A stretch of DNA of 64,000 bases, taken from the NCBI GenBank assembly GCA_964593835.1, contig CAZQIQ010000001.1, positions 123,464 to 187,463 on the forward strand, in the 5' to 3' direction. The notes beneath the pieces are model-generated. The model was not told the DNA's origin. It ran no database searches and was given only the letters and a program-made list of their open reading frames with translations. This DNA comes from an uncultured Chitinophagaceae bacterium. GTDB lineage: Bacteria; Bacteroidota; Bacteroidia; Chitinophagales; Chitinophagaceae. Each line of letters opens with the position of its first letter. The first letter of the stretch is position 1. A program made the position numbers and the translations under genes. Positions 62,622 through 64,000 of the stretch are shown here, piece after piece.

Positions 62622-63485
62622 TTATTCTATTATTACTGCCAGTTCTGATTCTGCCACTGTACCAAACCAACCATATATTTTTTCTCCACCTTCTGTTGAC
62701 GTATTATTAATATTAGAAGGAATATTGGCCAGTATTTTTGAGAACATTCCTCCGGAATATAATTCATCAGTCAACTGATCCATAAAATCATAAGAACTCT
62801 TACTCAGCGAGCGTATCACCACTTTCACTTCATCTCCTTTTTGATACGGTTTTTCTCCTGAAGAGATGCCTTCACGAAAGGGCTCTATAAATACAAATCC
62901 ATCAGATGCATTTTCATAAAATGATCCGTCTACACTAACCATTTCTGTGGTATACGGATTTAATAACCCATTCTTATATGTCCGTATCCAGTAATAATCA
63001 GTAGCACCTGCAAGATCACGTGCAAAGAATGCCGCATAATAACCTTCCTTATCGCCGTCAGACTCCTTTCGATACTCATAAGTAATAGAGTCGATAGGTG
63101 TAGTTCGGTTAAGCATATCTGTGGCCCGAAAACTATTGCCCTTATACTGAATATTGAGCATATACTGATGGCCTACAATACCTATATTATTAGTCCCGGC
63201 ATCATATTGATACGCACCATTTGTAAAAACAAAATCATAAGTAGTACCGGAAGTTATATCAGTTACACTTACCTGTGCGTCTGTTATTGGTTCAGGTTGT
63301 TGCTGGCTCAAATAGTTGACCGCTCTTAATAATTTGATCTGTTGCATGCCAGGCTTATCAGTGATCCATCCATCAACATAGGTCAGTGGTTCTCCATCCG
63401 GAAGATGTAAATTGATTTTCTTCTCACAAGACGTAAGAAAATATAGGGATGAGAGAATAATTATATTTGACAAATATCTTTTCAT
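62622..63485 (-). CDS. DUF4249-like lipoprotein
   Basis: Lipobox (YFLTSCEKK). About 287 aa and immediately downstream of a TonB-dependent receptor gene, which is the usual DUF4249 context. Confidence 0.6.
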   Translation of the reverse strand: MKRYLSNIIILSSLYFLTSCEKKINLHLPDGEPLTYVDGWITDKPGMQQIKLLRAVNYLSQQQPEPITDAQVSVTDITSGTTYDFVFTNGAYQYDAGTNNIGIVGHQYMLNIQYKGNSFRATDMLNRTTPIDSITYEYRKESDGDKEGYYAAFFARDLAGATDYYWIRTYKNGLLNPYTTEMVSVDGSFYENASDGFVFIEPFREGISSGEKPYQKGDEVKVVIRSLSKSSYDFMDQLTDELYSGGMFSKILANIPSNINNTSTEGGEKIYGWFGTVAESELAVIIE

Positions 63486-63495
63486 GTAATAGAGT

Positions 63496-64000
63496 TTAGA
63501 ATTTGAAATTCCAGGTAATTGAAGGAATAATAGAACCTATAATAGAAAGCCTTACCGCTTCCTTTGTTTGCGGATTATCCCTGTCCTGTCGGAAAAAAAT
63601 AGAATAGGCATTTTGCCTTGCATATAAATTATAAATACCGAACACCCATTCTTGTTTTAATTTTTTCCCCTGGCGTCCTTTCATTGTTGCAGCGATGTCT
63701 AGTCTATGATAGGCAGGTAAGCGAAAATTATTTCGTTTGCCGGTGCTGTTATAAGGAACTGGCATTCCCTGAATATCCAGACGAACATCAGGAAAACTTG
63801 CCGGCACACCTGAACCCAGATTGAAATTAGCAGAGAATTCCCATTTTTTATTGAATTGATGAATGACTGATGCATTTACAACATGGGTGCGATCATATCG
63901 GCTAAGATACCATTCATTATTGCTGATACCCGGTGTTTGTCTTAATGATCTTGACCATGTATAATTAACCCATCCCTGCCATTTACCTGTTTCTTTTCTG
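63496..64000 (-). CDS. TonB-dependent receptor, 3' part (5' part lies outside the window)
   Basis: The frame stays open to the window edge (...KWQGWVNYTWSRS...YDRTHVVNASV...). The C-terminal beta-barrel strands end in SITWNFKF*. Confidence 0.8.
   Translation of the reverse strand, partial: RKETGKWQGWVNYTWSRSLRQTPGISNNEWYLSRYDRTHVVNASVIHQFNKKWEFSANFNLGSGVPASFPDVRLDIQGMPVPYNSTGKRNNFRLPAYHRLDIAATMKGRQGKKLKQEWVFGIYNLYARQNAYSIFFRQDRDNPQTKEAVRLSIIGSIIPSITWNFKF

Overview
Low-GC chromosomal segment that looks like Bacteroidota, probably Sphingobacteriia or Chitinophagia. The taxon call rests on a SusC/SusD pair with an ECF sigma and FecR anti-sigma, T9SS C-terminal sorting domains, a GLPGLI protein, a DUF4249 lipoprotein beside a TonB-dependent receptor, and TAnnTTTG-type promoter boxes. 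Content is mostly housekeeping and accessory metabolism: ldhA, SulP and MFS transporters, an L-rhamnonate dehydratase cluster, and an LpxL-type acyltransferase plus desaturase pair. It also holds one AT-rich Type III restriction-modification island (mod-res, 10.8-15.4 kb) and one sigma/anti-sigma-controlled SusC/SusD locus (36.4-46.9 kb). The most notable signals are listed here. (1) A clear TPP (THI-box) riboswitch with its own terminator sits directly upstream of a monocistronic 67-aa dodecin-family gene. (2) A tandem array with a roughly 118-bp period separates the ECF sigma gene from its FecR partner. (3) A secreted esterase-LamG-T9SS protein carries a near-identical 696-bp in-frame tandem duplication. 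(4) A 124-bp tandem duplication lies in a divergent intergenic region. (5) Several terminator hairpins share the same sequence. (6) There are several decay signatures: a frameshifted bestrophin gene, a nonsense-interrupted YD-repeat lipoprotein gene, an orphan T9SS tail, two transposase-tail scars, and a Type III Res that seems to stop inside its nuclease motif. No rRNA, tRNA or CRISPR array was seen. All calls come from reading the sequence and the ORF track by eye, with no searches run.
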